A stretch of 64,000 nt of DNA from the NCBI GenBank assembly GCA_024763275.1, contig JANTFT010000001.1, positions 63,457 to 127,456 on the forward strand, read 5' to 3'. Both the position numbers and the translations under genes were made by a program. A model generated the notes under the pieces. That model saw only the letters and a program-made list of their open reading frames with translations, had not been told where the DNA came from and searched no databases. Position 1 is the stretch's first letter. The number at the start of each line of letters is the position of its first letter. Shown here piece by piece: positions 27,542-37,864 of the stretch. The DNA is from Anaerolineales bacterium (GTDB lineage Bacteria; Chloroflexota; Anaerolineae; Anaerolineales; UBA11858).

Positions 27542-29671
27542 CTAGCTTCCTGAATTACCCTGGTCCTTGTCTATCCTGATCCGGACATCCACTGCTGCCG
27601 ATCCCTGCCCTTCCTGGAACACCTGCAGAGGATTGATCTCTATTTCTGCCAGCTGGGGGAAGTCATCCGCCAGCTGTGCCAGCCGGATCAGGGATTCTTT
27701 CACCGCTTCAATGTCCGCCGGCTGGAGGTTCCGGTAGCCGGACAATTTCTGACCGGCCCAGGTTCCCTGCAGCATGGCGGTGATCTCGCGCTCGGTCAGG
27801 GGAGCCAATCCGAATGCCAGATCTTTGAGTCCTTCCACCTCGGTGCCGCCAGAGCCGAACATCACTACCGGCCCGAATTGGGGATCGCGCACAGCCCCGA
27901 TGATCACTTCCTGTCCGGGAGGAACCATTTCCTGAACATACACTCCAGCCAGATCTGCCCCGGGCATAGCAGACTGAGCCTCCTTGATGACCCGCTGATA
28001 TCCTCCCCGGACTGATTTCTCATCGGCCAGGTTCAACAGCACCCCCCCGACATCGGATTTATGGCTGATATCCGCTGAGGCTATTTTAAGGACTACCGGC
28101 AGTCCGATTTCTTCTGCCAGGGCGGCTGCTTGATCCTCATTCTGTGCAAGTCCCATGTGGGGGGAGGCAATTCCGTAAGCGGCCAGGATTTGGGAAACTT
28201 CCGGTGCGGGCAGGTTGCCTGTATTCTCATGCCGTTCGAGAATGGAGCGGACGATGTCCGGGTTGACATCCTCCCGGCGGATCGGTTCTTCCGCGGCGTG
28301 TTTCAGGAGATCCACACGCTGGACCAGAGCTGCCAGGGCTGCCGCGGCGCGCTCGGGAAAGCGGTATTCTGGTATGCGGGCAGCGCGCAGATGTTCAACT
28401 GCTTCCTGAATGAGCCGTTCACCCATCACAGATACCACAACTGGCTTTTCGGCCTGGTGAATGATCGGGATGAGCGCCTTGGCGACCGCTCCGGCGGTGT
28501 GCATGGGGGGCGTGGGGAAGATGACCATCACACTGTCCACTCCCGGGTCTTTCAGGAGCACCCGCAGGCAGGCGGCGAACTGATCGGGAGTGGCTGAGGC
28601 AAGCATGTCGATCGGGTTATGCAGGCTGGCCGCTGCCGGCAGGATTTCTGCCAGTTCGGCTGTTGTTTCAGCGCCCAGCGCTGCCATTTTCAGCCCCCGG
28701 GATTCCAGGGCGTCGGCAGCTGTGACGCCAGGACCGCCGGCGTTGGTCAGGACCGCCACCCGCTCCCCACCAGGAAGAGGGCACCAGGCCAGGGCTCTGG
28801 CCTGGTCAAACATTTCCTCACTTGTATCCGCGCGCAGCACTCCGGCTCTCCGGAAAGCCGCGTTGTAAGCGCTCTCTTCACCGGCCAGCGCCCCGGTGTG
28901 AGAGGCGGCGGCCCGGCGGCCGGATTCAAAGCGCCCTACCTTGAGGGCAATGATCGGTTTTGAGGCCACAACAGAGCGAGCCTGTTCGATGAATCTGCGG
29001 CCCGATCGGATGCCTTCCAGATAGAGAGCGATCACGTGAGTGTGTTCATCAGCTGCGACGGGAGCCAGCAGATCCGTTTCGGTCACATCAGCCTGGTTGC
29101 CCAGGCTGATCAGGCGGGAGATGCCGTATCCCTGGCCCCTGGCCCAGTCGATGGCTGCAGCGCAGATGGCCCCGGAATGGGATAAAAAGGCCACATCCCC
29201 GGGTGTTGGACCGGGTGGGGGCAGGAAGGTGGTATCCAGGGGAAGATGGGTGTCCAGCAGGCCGATGCAGTTAGGCCCGATCAACCGGATGCCTTCCTCC
29301 CTGGCTACCCGAAGGGTTTCCTGTTCCAGGGCAAGGCCCTCGGGCCCGATTTCCCGGAAGCCGCCGGAGCCGATGATCGCTGCCCGGATGCCTCTTTTAC
29401 CGCATTCCCGCAGGGTCGGGATCACAAAATGGGCTGGGATGAGCACCGCGGCCAGATCCACCGGATCGGGCACATCCAGGATCGATTGATAGATTGGCTC
29501 ACCCAGCAGCGTACCGCCTTTGATGTTTACAAAATGGACGGCACCTTTATAGCCGCTGCGGTGCAGGTTGGTCGCCAATCCATAACCAAGTTTGGTGGGA
29601 TCCTGAGAAGCGCCGATGACGGCAATGCCTTTAGGATCGAAGAAAGGTTTGAGGGAATCTGTATCTGACAT
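27542..29671 (-). CDS. ADP-forming acetyl-CoA synthetase / acetate--CoA ligase (fused alpha-beta, NDP-forming acyl-CoA synthetase family)
   Basis: N-terminal CoA-binding IAVIGAS....K.G, succinyl-CoA-ligase-like central region, C-terminal ATP-grasp. 709 aa. Confidence 0.8.
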   Translation of the reverse strand: MSDTDSLKPFFDPKGIAVIGASQDPTKLGYGLATNLHRSGYKGAVHFVNIKGGTLLGEPIYQSILDVPDPVDLAAVLIPAHFVIPTLRECGKRGIRAAIIGSGGFREIGPEGLALEQETLRVAREEGIRLIGPNCIGLLDTHLPLDTTFLPPPGPTPGDVAFLSHSGAICAAAIDWARGQGYGISRLISLGNQADVTETDLLAPVAADEHTHVIALYLEGIRSGRRFIEQARSVVASKPIIALKVGRFESGRRAAASHTGALAGEESAYNAAFRRAGVLRADTSEEMFDQARALAWCPLPGGERVAVLTNAGGPGVTAADALESRGLKMAALGAETTAELAEILPAAASLHNPIDMLASATPDQFAACLRVLLKDPGVDSVMVIFPTPPMHTAGAVAKALIPIIHQAEKPVVVSVMGERLIQEAVEHLRAARIPEYRFPERAAAALAALVQRVDLLKHAAEEPIRREDVNPDIVRSILERHENTGNLPAPEVSQILAAYGIASPHMGLAQNEDQAAALAEEIGLPVVLKIASADISHKSDVGGVLLNLADEKSVRGGYQRVIKEAQSAMPGADLAGVYVQEMVPPGQEVIIGAVRDPQFGPVVMFGSGGTEVEGLKDLAFGLAPLTEREITAMLQGTWAGQKLSGYRNLQPADIEAVKESLIRLAQLADDFPQLAEIEINPLQVFQEGQGSAAVDVRIRIDKDQGNSGS

Positions 29672-29721
29672 ATCCCTGATTGTAACCGATTGAGTTCGTT
29701 TTCTAAGAGAGCAGAGCAGGA

Positions 29722-32178
29722 TTATCCGGTGATGGTTTTACAGAAGACATCCACGATTTTAGGATCAAAATGGGATCCGCTGGACCTTCTTATTTCAGCG
29801 ATGGCTTCTTCGTGGGTGTGGCTTTTACTGTAAATTCTTTCATCGCGGATGGCAATATAAGCGTCCACGACCGCCAGAATGCGAGCGCCCAGGGGAATCT
29901 CCTCGCCCTCCAGACCGTAGGGATAACCTGTGCCATCGTATTTTTCATGATGGGACCTGATGATGGGAGATACCGTTCTCAGGAACTTGATCGGAGCGAC
30001 GATCTGGGCGCCGATGACTGGATGCTCTTTCATGAATTCCCACTCTTCCTTGGACAAGGGGCCTTTTTTGTTGAGGATCATGTCCGGAACGCCGATCTTG
30101 CCGATATCGTGCAGGATAGAAGCCCAGTGCAAGGCCTCAATTTGCTCTGATTCCAAATTCATCACCTCACCGATTTTAGTGGAGAGGTCGGCCATGCGCT
30201 GACTGTGGTCACCGGTATAGGTATCGCGGGCATCCACTGCGTTGGCCAGGGCGACGATGGTTTCCAGGAAATTCTCCTCGAGCTGTTCGTGCAGCAGGGC
30301 TCTCTGGATGGCGCTGGCCGCATAATCCGAGATCACATCGATCAGCCGGCGCGTGATATTTGAGAACGAATCCTGAAGGTTCTCGCCATTGTCTCCCAGT
30401 ATCAGCAGACCGATGTATTCGTCAATGCCTTTAAGGGGGGAAAGGCAAACTGACAGGGTATCTTCAAAGAACACGGCAGCGCTTTCTTCCGGGTACAGAT
30501 TGGGGTCATCCCTAGGGAAAATGGCTGCCTGATCTTCCTGGAGGACCCAGTTGTAGAAATGTTCAGCGACCAGGGGTTCTTTCTTACCAATTCTGTATGC
30601 CAGACTCGGCAGTGTGGAAGGAAAGATTGCCCTGCAGATATAGTCCCCATTCTCTTCCCGGGTGAGGATGCGCGCGTAGGAGACCTGAGTGCTGGTAACC
30701 GCGTGCTCGGCCACGGTGGCAGCCACCTCGTACAGGTTGTCAGTGGTGGCCAGCTGCCTGGCCATGTTGTACAGGGTGTCCATCTCCCGCAGTCGATTCT
30801 GCTCGGAAGTGAACAGGCGGGCGTTTTCAATGGCGACCGCGGTTTGGTTGGCAACCGCCGACAGGGTAATGATATCCTCCATGGTGTAGGCTTGTTCGGA
30901 CTGCTTGGAGCCGACCAGTAATATCCCGACCAGCAATTCCTGGACTTTGATAGGGATGAACAGCTCCGCGTTGAGGTCCTCCAGATCCGCACGCTCGCTG
31001 CGCCACAGAGATCGGAACTGAGGATGCACCCCAATATCTTGGCTGGTGATGGGCTGGTCATGAGTGGAGAGCCACAGCACCACTGGGTGGTTCTGCCGGA
31101 ACTCAACCAGCTGATATGAGTTTTGATAGCCAACCTGAGTGATCAGCTGGAAGCGGTTGTTTTTTTCATCCCTGAGGAAAATAGCAGCGGTAGGAATGTG
31201 CAGGGTGGCACTGACCTCTGCCAGAACGGTCTTGGTAACCTCATTTAGGTCGAGTATGGTAGCCACGTTGCCGGAGAGGGTTTGCAGCATTTTGGCGGCA
31301 TCATATTTGTCTCTGAAGAAAAAACGGTCAATCATATTCTGAGCCCGTACGCGAAAAGGATCAGCCAGCAGAGCAGAGAGTATTGCCACAACCAGGGATA
31401 ACAAGAAAATTTCCACCCCTGAGAATTGTTTGAACAAGTTAAGCGCCAAGTTGATTATCAGGAAATAGGTTGCACCAATGACCATCGTAGGGATAGAGTA
31501 AATCAACCCTTGTCGGATCACTACCCGGATATCAAGGAGCTGGTAGCGTAGAATTGCATAAGCAATGATCAGTGCAGAAATCCCATTAACTGCAATATCC
31601 ACTGGGTATCTGCCATATGGGGTGAAGTTTATTGGTGAGACCAGGACGATTAATGAAAGAGCAATAATAAGATATAACAGGCGGTTTCTCTGGATGGCAT
31701 CTTTTGTTTGTTGGTAGTTCTTAGTAAGCCGGAAGATGCTGTAAATCAACAGTAGGTAGCTTGGTCCAATGAGGAAATACATCAAAATACCAAAGGTATA
31801 GACTACCTCACTGTTTATTACATATGCTTCAGGGATTGCCAGATTGGTAAATAGAGTGAGGGATGCGCTGATAATCCCGTAGAATATGACGTAGCGGGAA
31901 AGGATGGTTTTAGTATCTACAATAGTTTCAATAAGATAGTAGGTGCTAACCATCACCGTCATTGCGCTGGCGGAAAGCAATCGCATCCAGATGGTAGCGC
32001 GGGCGGTATCCACGAGGACCAGTAAAGCGCTCAAAGACCACAGGGTCATAGTCAGCAGGAACCATCTGAACCTGCGGCGGGATTCTGTTTGCGGCCTAGC
32101 GATAACAATCAGAACCAGCAGGGTCGCATACAGGAAAAAGGTTATGAGCGGTACGACAGTACTTATATTCCAGAGCAT
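29722..32178 (-). CDS. membrane sensor with N-terminal multi-TM domain, GAF domains and a C-terminal HD-GYP (c-di-GMP phosphodiesterase-type) domain
   Basis: C-terminus carries HD...HDIGK...HHEKYDGTGYPYGL. About 7 N-terminal TM helices, encoded by AT-rich DNA. ATG 32178 is 1 nt after the upstream stop. Confidence 0.85.
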   Translation of the reverse strand: MLWNISTVVPLITFFLYATLLVLIVIARPQTESRRRFRWFLLTMTLWSLSALLVLVDTARATIWMRLLSASAMTVMVSTYYLIETIVDTKTILSRYVIFYGIISASLTLFTNLAIPEAYVINSEVVYTFGILMYFLIGPSYLLLIYSIFRLTKNYQQTKDAIQRNRLLYLIIALSLIVLVSPINFTPYGRYPVDIAVNGISALIIAYAILRYQLLDIRVVIRQGLIYSIPTMVIGATYFLIINLALNLFKQFSGVEIFLLSLVVAILSALLADPFRVRAQNMIDRFFFRDKYDAAKMLQTLSGNVATILDLNEVTKTVLAEVSATLHIPTAAIFLRDEKNNRFQLITQVGYQNSYQLVEFRQNHPVVLWLSTHDQPITSQDIGVHPQFRSLWRSERADLEDLNAELFIPIKVQELLVGILLVGSKQSEQAYTMEDIITLSAVANQTAVAIENARLFTSEQNRLREMDTLYNMARQLATTDNLYEVAATVAEHAVTSTQVSYARILTREENGDYICRAIFPSTLPSLAYRIGKKEPLVAEHFYNWVLQEDQAAIFPRDDPNLYPEESAAVFFEDTLSVCLSPLKGIDEYIGLLILGDNGENLQDSFSNITRRLIDVISDYAASAIQRALLHEQLEENFLETIVALANAVDARDTYTGDHSQRMADLSTKIGEVMNLESEQIEALHWASILHDIGKIGVPDMILNKKGPLSKEEWEFMKEHPVIGAQIVAPIKFLRTVSPIIRSHHEKYDGTGYPYGLEGEEIPLGARILAVVDAYIAIRDERIYSKSHTHEEAIAEIRRSSGSHFDPKIVDVFCKTITG

Positions 32179-32179
32179 G

Positions 32180-33790
32180 TTAATCGGATTTGAATTTTCT
32201 GTCCTTTATTAAGATACCCAACTGCTCCTTGGAGGGGTTCATGTGGGGCGGTTTAGTATGCGCCAGATCAGCTCCTTGACTCCGCATGTATTCCATGTAA
32301 GCTTGAAAAGCCCCAGGGTTAAGGATGTTCAGCTTCAGGGGATCGTAATTAAGCATTTCCTCAATGCTTTTCATGTCATCATTGATTTTATATAGGGTAT
32401 CTTTCACTTTCTGGCGAATCTCCTCTTCTCCTAGGTCATTTTCCGGGCCAACTTCAACAAAGAGGTGCAGGTAGGAACGATTGTCAACAACCTCTTTGCG
32501 GGCAATCCACTCGTTATATTCAACCCCAGATTCCTCCATGGCAAACCAGATATCTTTTTCAGTCAGGAATGCAAAATTGGCAAGATTGATCATATCAGAG
32601 GTGCGGGAATAGTAACGTACCTGCGGCAGGTTGACGTTGATTTCTGGATCGCTGGTGGAGATGACCTCAAACATATCTCCCACTCGATAGCGGATGAAAA
32701 TACCTCCATGGAAATTTGAAAAAACCAGTTCGTAGACACCAGGTTCCAGTTCATCATAAAGTACGGTTTTTGGCTTATAATCAGGGTTTTCACGTTCCTT
32801 TTGGAGCTCGGCTTCAGGTATAAATTCCAAGAAATCATTTTCGGCAAAGAAGGTCATGCCATTCAGGTTCCAGGCTTGGCAGGCTAACAAAGAGCCCTCG
32901 GTGCAGGCATACCCTTCAAGAGGGTCGCGTCCCCAGTATTCCTTGATTAAGCTGCTGTATACAGAAGAATCAGCTCCTCCTGTCATAATGCCTTTGACTT
33001 TCCAGATGTCTTTAGGTAGTAAGGCTCTACCCTGGAGTTTTGATTTGATAAAGCCAATCCCCATTCTGATGATAAAACGGGGATCCAGCATGTCTTTGGA
33101 TAGTTTTACGCCTGTCCCACCTTCCTCAAGCTGCTGACCGATGCGCACTAACACACTGGAGATGCCATAGAAATAATCCAATCCTTTTACCATGGCCTGT
33201 TTAAAGCCGGCTTGAACCCTTTCCGCATAGCCCATCTTCTCGCCTTCGTCCAGGGGAGGTAAAAAGCGTACGGCTGCATGATTATCGGTTGCCCGGGTCA
33301 CTAGAGCGGAGAAATAGGGCGGAGGAGCCGTGGTGAGCAGGACAGTGTCATTGTTTTCCAGGTTGATATCTCCCCGTCGATTTACTGAGGACATTATCAT
33401 CGCAGCGACTACAACTTCTGCCAGGCGGTCATACATTTCCTGGGTGTAGGGCACCCATTTGAATTTGTATTCCCCGGTCCGTCCAGAAGTATGGCACCAG
33501 GTCTTGGGCTGCCGGGGGAGGACATCCTCGCGCTGGACATCCAGGTAGCCCAGGTAATCCTTGTAAGTGGTCAGGGGCACGATCTCCCGGAATTCCTCCA
33601 CGCTGGTGGGGATCACATCGCCCATCAACATACGCCCCAACATGCTCTTACCCAGCAGGTCGATCTGTTCCAGCAGTAATCTTTCCTGGATTTCCATGAA
33701 TTCGTCGATGCTCAGATCCAGGAATCCGCAGTATTTGGTCCAGATCTCCTCCTTACGGCCCTGTTTGATGAGTGTCTCTAAACTAGTCAT
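32180..33790 (-). CDS. GH3-family (ANL-superfamily) adenylate-forming acyl-acid amido synthetase-like protein
   Basis: 536 aa. P-loop-like HTSGRTGEYKFKWVP corresponds to the GH3 SSGTT.GK.K..P motif. GGGAGAAAAG SD. The family call is memory-based. Confidence 0.55.
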   Translation of the reverse strand: MTSLETLIKQGRKEEIWTKYCGFLDLSIDEFMEIQERLLLEQIDLLGKSMLGRMLMGDVIPTSVEEFREIVPLTTYKDYLGYLDVQREDVLPRQPKTWCHTSGRTGEYKFKWVPYTQEMYDRLAEVVVAAMIMSSVNRRGDINLENNDTVLLTTAPPPYFSALVTRATDNHAAVRFLPPLDEGEKMGYAERVQAGFKQAMVKGLDYFYGISSVLVRIGQQLEEGGTGVKLSKDMLDPRFIIRMGIGFIKSKLQGRALLPKDIWKVKGIMTGGADSSVYSSLIKEYWGRDPLEGYACTEGSLLACQAWNLNGMTFFAENDFLEFIPEAELQKERENPDYKPKTVLYDELEPGVYELVFSNFHGGIFIRYRVGDMFEVISTSDPEINVNLPQVRYYSRTSDMINLANFAFLTEKDIWFAMEESGVEYNEWIARKEVVDNRSYLHLFVEVGPENDLGEEEIRQKVKDTLYKINDDMKSIEEMLNYDPLKLNILNPGAFQAYMEYMRSQGADLAHTKPPHMNPSKEQLGILIKDRKFKSD

Positions 33791-33809
33791 GATCTTTTCT
33801 CCCGATAGA

Positions 33810-34541
33810 TTAATACGATGACTGGATATGGAGTGGTTCAGGAACCCAGGTATATTTAGATTTCAGCTTTTTCACGCTTATTTGATTAAACCCCGCCTGT
33901 GCCAAATCGTTCTTCCAGCCTAACGGAGTGCGCAGGTTTCTGACTGCGGCAGCTTCGGCCCAGGCGCGGGTAGGATTCTCTTTGATGAGGAAGTATCCGA
34001 ACGCGATCACTCTGGCCAACCCCTGGAAAATCCTGGTTTCCCAGATCGGGGAGGTGCCCACATCGATGATGGATAGCAGCCCGCCAGGTTTCAAGACCCG
34101 CTTCATTTCAGAAAGCATCAAGGGGATGTTCATATGATGGGAGGCCAGCCCGGAAACCACGACGTCAAAACTGTTCCCGGCCAGGGGCAGGACCATGGCG
34201 TCCCCGCAGACCAGGCGAATTGCGTTCTGTTTGTCCAAAGCGCGGATCTTGTGCTGGCCATGCCTCAGCATGGACTCGGTGATGTCCAGGCCGGTTATCT
34301 GTATGCCGGGGATATTCTGTTCCAGTAATTCGCGGGGAATGACCGATGTGCCGGTGGCGATGTCAAGAATCTTCTGGTCGGGCTGGATCCTGGTGTGCCG
34401 GACCAATTCTTGCAGGAAGCTCCGGTAGCTCCAGCCCCAGAACAACCTCAATTCGCCATCCACAACCTCTTCATAGTGGGACGACATCTCCTTAAAAGCA
34501 TCCTGGATGGCTTGTTTTTCTTTCATGCTCGGCTGCGGCAT
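33810..34541 (-). CDS. class I SAM-dependent methyltransferase (UbiE/Methyltransf_11-like)
   Basis: ILDIATGTS motif I, and post-I/II motifs GLDIT and LKPGGLLSIID. The track start is a GTG at 34568; ATG 34541 is preferred. Confidence 0.75.
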   Translation of the reverse strand: MPQPSMKEKQAIQDAFKEMSSHYEEVVDGELRLFWGWSYRSFLQELVRHTRIQPDQKILDIATGTSVIPRELLEQNIPGIQITGLDITESMLRHGQHKIRALDKQNAIRLVCGDAMVLPLAGNSFDVVVSGLASHHMNIPLMLSEMKRVLKPGGLLSIIDVGTSPIWETRIFQGLARVIAFGYFLIKENPTRAWAEAAAVRNLRTPLGWKNDLAQAGFNQISVKKLKSKYTWVPEPLHIQSSY

Positions 34542-34622
34542 CGCCCCTTGATGTATTTCTGGTAGCACAGCAGTTGACCCGAATTATACACCTGATCAGA
34601 ATGTCGGGATTTCCAGCTGTTC

Positions 34623-35390
34623 CTAAATATAGAATCTGTCCTTGTCAACTTCCTCCCGCAGAATCCTCAGCTCTTCAGCGCTGGGAGGAGGGTTTTCTCC
34701 AATCTCATCGGCCAGCAGCAGCTCAAACCCGGTGTTCTCCAGCACCTGGTCTACCTCCGTGCCTGGCTGCAGAGCCAGCAGTTTCATGCGTTTGCTGACC
34801 TTGTCATAGCCCAGGATCCCCAGGGTGGTTACTACCCGGTAAGGGCCTGTGCCGGGAGGGAGCCCTGCCCTCTCCCGCGCCCCCGGTCCGTCCAGATACC
34901 CCGGGGTGGTGATGAAATCAACTTTTTCCACGAAGCGCAGACGGTCGTGTTTCATGATGGCGATCGTGCGCCAGCAGTGAGACCCCACATCATTGCCTCC
35001 CCCGCTGCCCGGCAGGCGGACTTTAGGGTGATCGTGGTCGCCGATAACAGTTGAGTTCAGGTTGCCGTAGGGGTCGATCTGGGCTCCACCTAAAAAGCCG
35101 TAATCGACAAAACCGCGCTGGGCGGTTTCCACGATGTCCGTTATCCCTGAAGCGGCCAGGGCTTTGTGGAAGGACCTCCGCTCGCCAACAGCCAGCGGCA
35201 GTTCTTCCAAAATGGCGCCTGTTCCTCCAAACTCAAAGATGCTTATCAGATTAGGAGCGTGCATCTTTTGTGCCAAAGCGCCGGCCAGCATGGGAATTCC
35301 TGTGCCGATGAATACGGTCGAGTTGTCTTCCATCAGCCGGGAGGCGCTGCAGATCATCAGCTCGTTGGGATTATAGTCAGTTCCTGCCAT
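34623..35390 (-). CDS. CoA-transferase subunit B (glutaconate/3-oxoacid CoA-transferase family I)
   Basis: Size and order (A then B, 1-nt gap) fit the family. Contains FEFGG / SGGGND-type motifs of beta subunits. Confidence 0.75.
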   Translation of the reverse strand: MAGTDYNPNELMICSASRLMEDNSTVFIGTGIPMLAGALAQKMHAPNLISIFEFGGTGAILEELPLAVGERRSFHKALAASGITDIVETAQRGFVDYGFLGGAQIDPYGNLNSTVIGDHDHPKVRLPGSGGGNDVGSHCWRTIAIMKHDRLRFVEKVDFITTPGYLDGPGARERAGLPPGTGPYRVVTTLGILGYDKVSKRMKLLALQPGTEVDQVLENTGFELLLADEIGENPPPSAEELRILREEVDKDRFYI

Positions 35391-35391
35391 C

Positions 35392-36363
35392 TCAACCCTC
35401 CGGGACCATGTCCCTAAGTTCCGTCAGCCGTTTTTCCCCGATCAGCTGCAGGTATTCCTGGTGGTCTTTTAAGTCGTAGATATATTTTTGCAGATAAGCT
35501 TGAGTGGTTTCTGGATCGCGGGAAGCCTCTACCCAGGCTTTGATCTGGGGTTCGTCCCGCTCATAGACGTAACACATCTCTCCAGGGTGGGATCCAAAAG
35601 GAGCTTCCACCACGGCATCTACCAGGTAGTAGGGGATGATCGTTCTGTCAGGATGTTTGCGGATCTCTTCTGTGGGCACGATTTCCTCTGTGCTGATCAG
35701 CAGGTTCTTGGAAGCCCGGGCCATCTCAATAGCGAATCCGCTGATGCCGTCAATCTGGGCGTTGCCGTATTTATCGGCCCGGTGCACATGGATCAGACCG
35801 ACATCCAGGATCAAAGCAGGCAGCAGGGCGATCGGCCCGCCGCCGAAAGGATCCTCAATGACCTTGGCGGCGCTGTAAGCCAGAGTGTCGGTTCCCAGCA
35901 TGGAGCGGGTCGGTATGAAAGGAACTCCCATGGCAGCCGCCTTGAAACGCCAGGCAATGGCCGCGTTGCTCCACTCCACACAGTGCTCCACCCGCCCGCT
36001 TTCCACTTCGCGGCGCAAGCAGTTTGATATTCCGTACACTTCCATTCCAATGTAGGTGTGGTCCAGGTCTTTGACCAGACCAGCCCCGAGCAGCAGGTCC
36101 AGCTCATATACCCCCTGACCGGCCACGCGGAGATCTTTTTTCCCCTGGCGGACGATCTCATTGATTAAAGATTGGGGGCAGCGAACTGTTCCATACAGCT
36201 CTGTGCCGATGTAATCCCCATCGTGGACAAACCGGCTGATCGCTTCCGCCTCGCTCAGGCGTTTGTCAATCAGCCCGCGGGGCTTGTTCCTGTTATGTTC
36301 CCGAAAGCCGTCAAGGTCCGGAGGTTGGAGCAATGGACCCTTTCCGGATTGGATTACAGTCAT
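35392..36363 (-). CDS. CoA-transferase subunit A (glutaconate CoA-transferase-like)
   Basis: 323 aa, immediately upstream of subunit B. Family-I alpha-subunit-like pattern (DGDYIG...YG...P). Confidence 0.75.
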   Translation of the reverse strand: MTVIQSGKGPLLQPPDLDGFREHNRNKPRGLIDKRLSEAEAISRFVHDGDYIGTELYGTVRCPQSLINEIVRQGKKDLRVAGQGVYELDLLLGAGLVKDLDHTYIGMEVYGISNCLRREVESGRVEHCVEWSNAAIAWRFKAAAMGVPFIPTRSMLGTDTLAYSAAKVIEDPFGGGPIALLPALILDVGLIHVHRADKYGNAQIDGISGFAIEMARASKNLLISTEEIVPTEEIRKHPDRTIIPYYLVDAVVEAPFGSHPGEMCYVYERDEPQIKAWVEASRDPETTQAYLQKYIYDLKDHQEYLQLIGEKRLTELRDMVPEG

Positions 36364-36515
36364 AGTTGCCTCCCGCAGTTAGCGACGCTGGCCTGGAGGG
36401 TATCCGCAGACCAGCTTGCTTGGTAAAGATCGGGATTGACCGAACAATCCCAGAAGTGCTAATTCCAGCTCAGCCTATCGGGCAGGCTGGGTATTCTCCG
36501 GAGACAGTAAGCCCG

Positions 36516-37778
36516 CTATTTGTGCAGATTTGGTGCTGCCAGGAAAGACAGCCCGTTTTCCGTCAAGGCCCGGGCGGTTTCATTCAAGGTCAGGAACTTG
36601 TCCATGAAGTTGCCTGTCAGGTGATCCCAGTCCCCAGAGGCGATGATCTCTGCTTTATCGCGGAAGTAATCCAGGATATCGGACGGGTGCTCCCGGGTTT
36701 GATCTATTTCCGGATCGCCGCCCTCGTGTTTGGCTGAGATATTGGCCACATGATCAGCGATCTCGACCAGTTCGTCTCTTCTGTTATAGGGTTGGATCAC
36801 GATGCTTTTGTAGGTTTCCGTGATGTGATGCTCAAAGCGGATGATGTCTTCAAAGCCCAGGCTCTTGCGGAACTGGGCGGTCAGTTCCATGGTCCGATTG
36901 TCAACCGAGTTGCTCCAGTTGAATCCGATCAGGGGAGTGGTGCCGTCGTCACGGGTAAATAACTTGGCTCCCAGCAGGGTCCACAAAGCCGCGTAGGGAT
37001 TATCGTTTCCCATGTAAACCGAGATCTTGAACTCGTTATCCACCCCCAGCCGGTGCAGCATATAGCCCAGCAGCACTGTGCCCGGGTTGATGTTCAGGAC
37101 CTGGCGGATGCCGTAATTGGTGTAGTAATACAGGAACTCATCCAGCCAATCCAGAGCGTGCTGGTTGGGCTGGCCAACGCCTCCAAAGTAGCCGGTGATG
37201 GTTGCCGGCCCTCCCAGATGGATGTTAGAGCCATCGGTGCCTTTGGTATCCAGGGTTTCCACGTAGCTGGAGCCCAGGATCTGCATGGCGGCCGCGAAGG
37301 CAGGCAGGTCGCCATCCTCTTCCTGTTCCTTCATTTTCCGGACCCGGATGAACCTGCCGGGCATCAGCAGGCCTTTTTCAATAGCCCTTTCAGCGATCAT
37401 CCGCACCCAGGGGAAGTACTGGCAGGCGCTGATTTCCAGCGTCACGGCAAAATCATCCGCAAAGGCCATGCCCTTGACCTTATCCCCCAGGATCTTCCTG
37501 CGGTAGTCAGCTACGCTGATAAAGGCCCCCTGGTCCCTTTGCTTTTCCAGCCATTCCAGATCGTCCAGGTATTCCGGTTTGGTTTGCTCTACCTTTTTCA
37601 GAAGATTTTCCTTCTGGCGGGCCTGAATGGCCTTGGCGTTGATCTCTTCTGGCGTGCCGTACTTCTTGACCACCTCCAGAAAGTCATTGATGATCTGCAG
37701 ATCGGGGTCGAGCAGGACGGCGTTGATCTCGGCGATCTTTTCGGGGCCTATTTCTAATCTTGAGCGCAGATCTGTCAT
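36516..37778 (-). CDS. hypothetical protein, 420 aa, no recognisable family
   Basis: ATG 37778 has an AGGAGA SD. Soluble-enzyme-like composition with a single Cys. The opposite-strand ORF 37053..37757 has typical antisense composition. Confidence 0.6.
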   Translation of the reverse strand: MTDLRSRLEIGPEKIAEINAVLLDPDLQIINDFLEVVKKYGTPEEINAKAIQARQKENLLKKVEQTKPEYLDDLEWLEKQRDQGAFISVADYRRKILGDKVKGMAFADDFAVTLEISACQYFPWVRMIAERAIEKGLLMPGRFIRVRKMKEQEEDGDLPAFAAAMQILGSSYVETLDTKGTDGSNIHLGGPATITGYFGGVGQPNQHALDWLDEFLYYYTNYGIRQVLNINPGTVLLGYMLHRLGVDNEFKISVYMGNDNPYAALWTLLGAKLFTRDDGTTPLIGFNWSNSVDNRTMELTAQFRKSLGFEDIIRFEHHITETYKSIVIQPYNRRDELVEIADHVANISAKHEGGDPEIDQTREHPSDILDYFRDKAEIIASGDWDHLTGNFMDKFLTLNETARALTENGLSFLAAPNLHK

Positions 37779-37822
37779 GGGTAGTCTCCTGTATGTTTTT
37801 GCAAATAAGTAAGTTGTAAATC

Positions 37823-37835
37823 GTAAGTTGTAAGC
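37823..37835. repeat. left arm of the inverted repeat flanking the four-helix-bundle gene (GTAAGTTGTAAGC)
   Basis: 12/13 complementary to 38306-38318. Part of a flank carrying three GTAAG(T/C) units, including the 11-nt direct repeat gtaagttgtaa at 37809 and 37823. Confidence 0.6.
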
Positions 37836-37864
37836 CGTGTCAGTTGTTTTGTTATACCTGCCTG

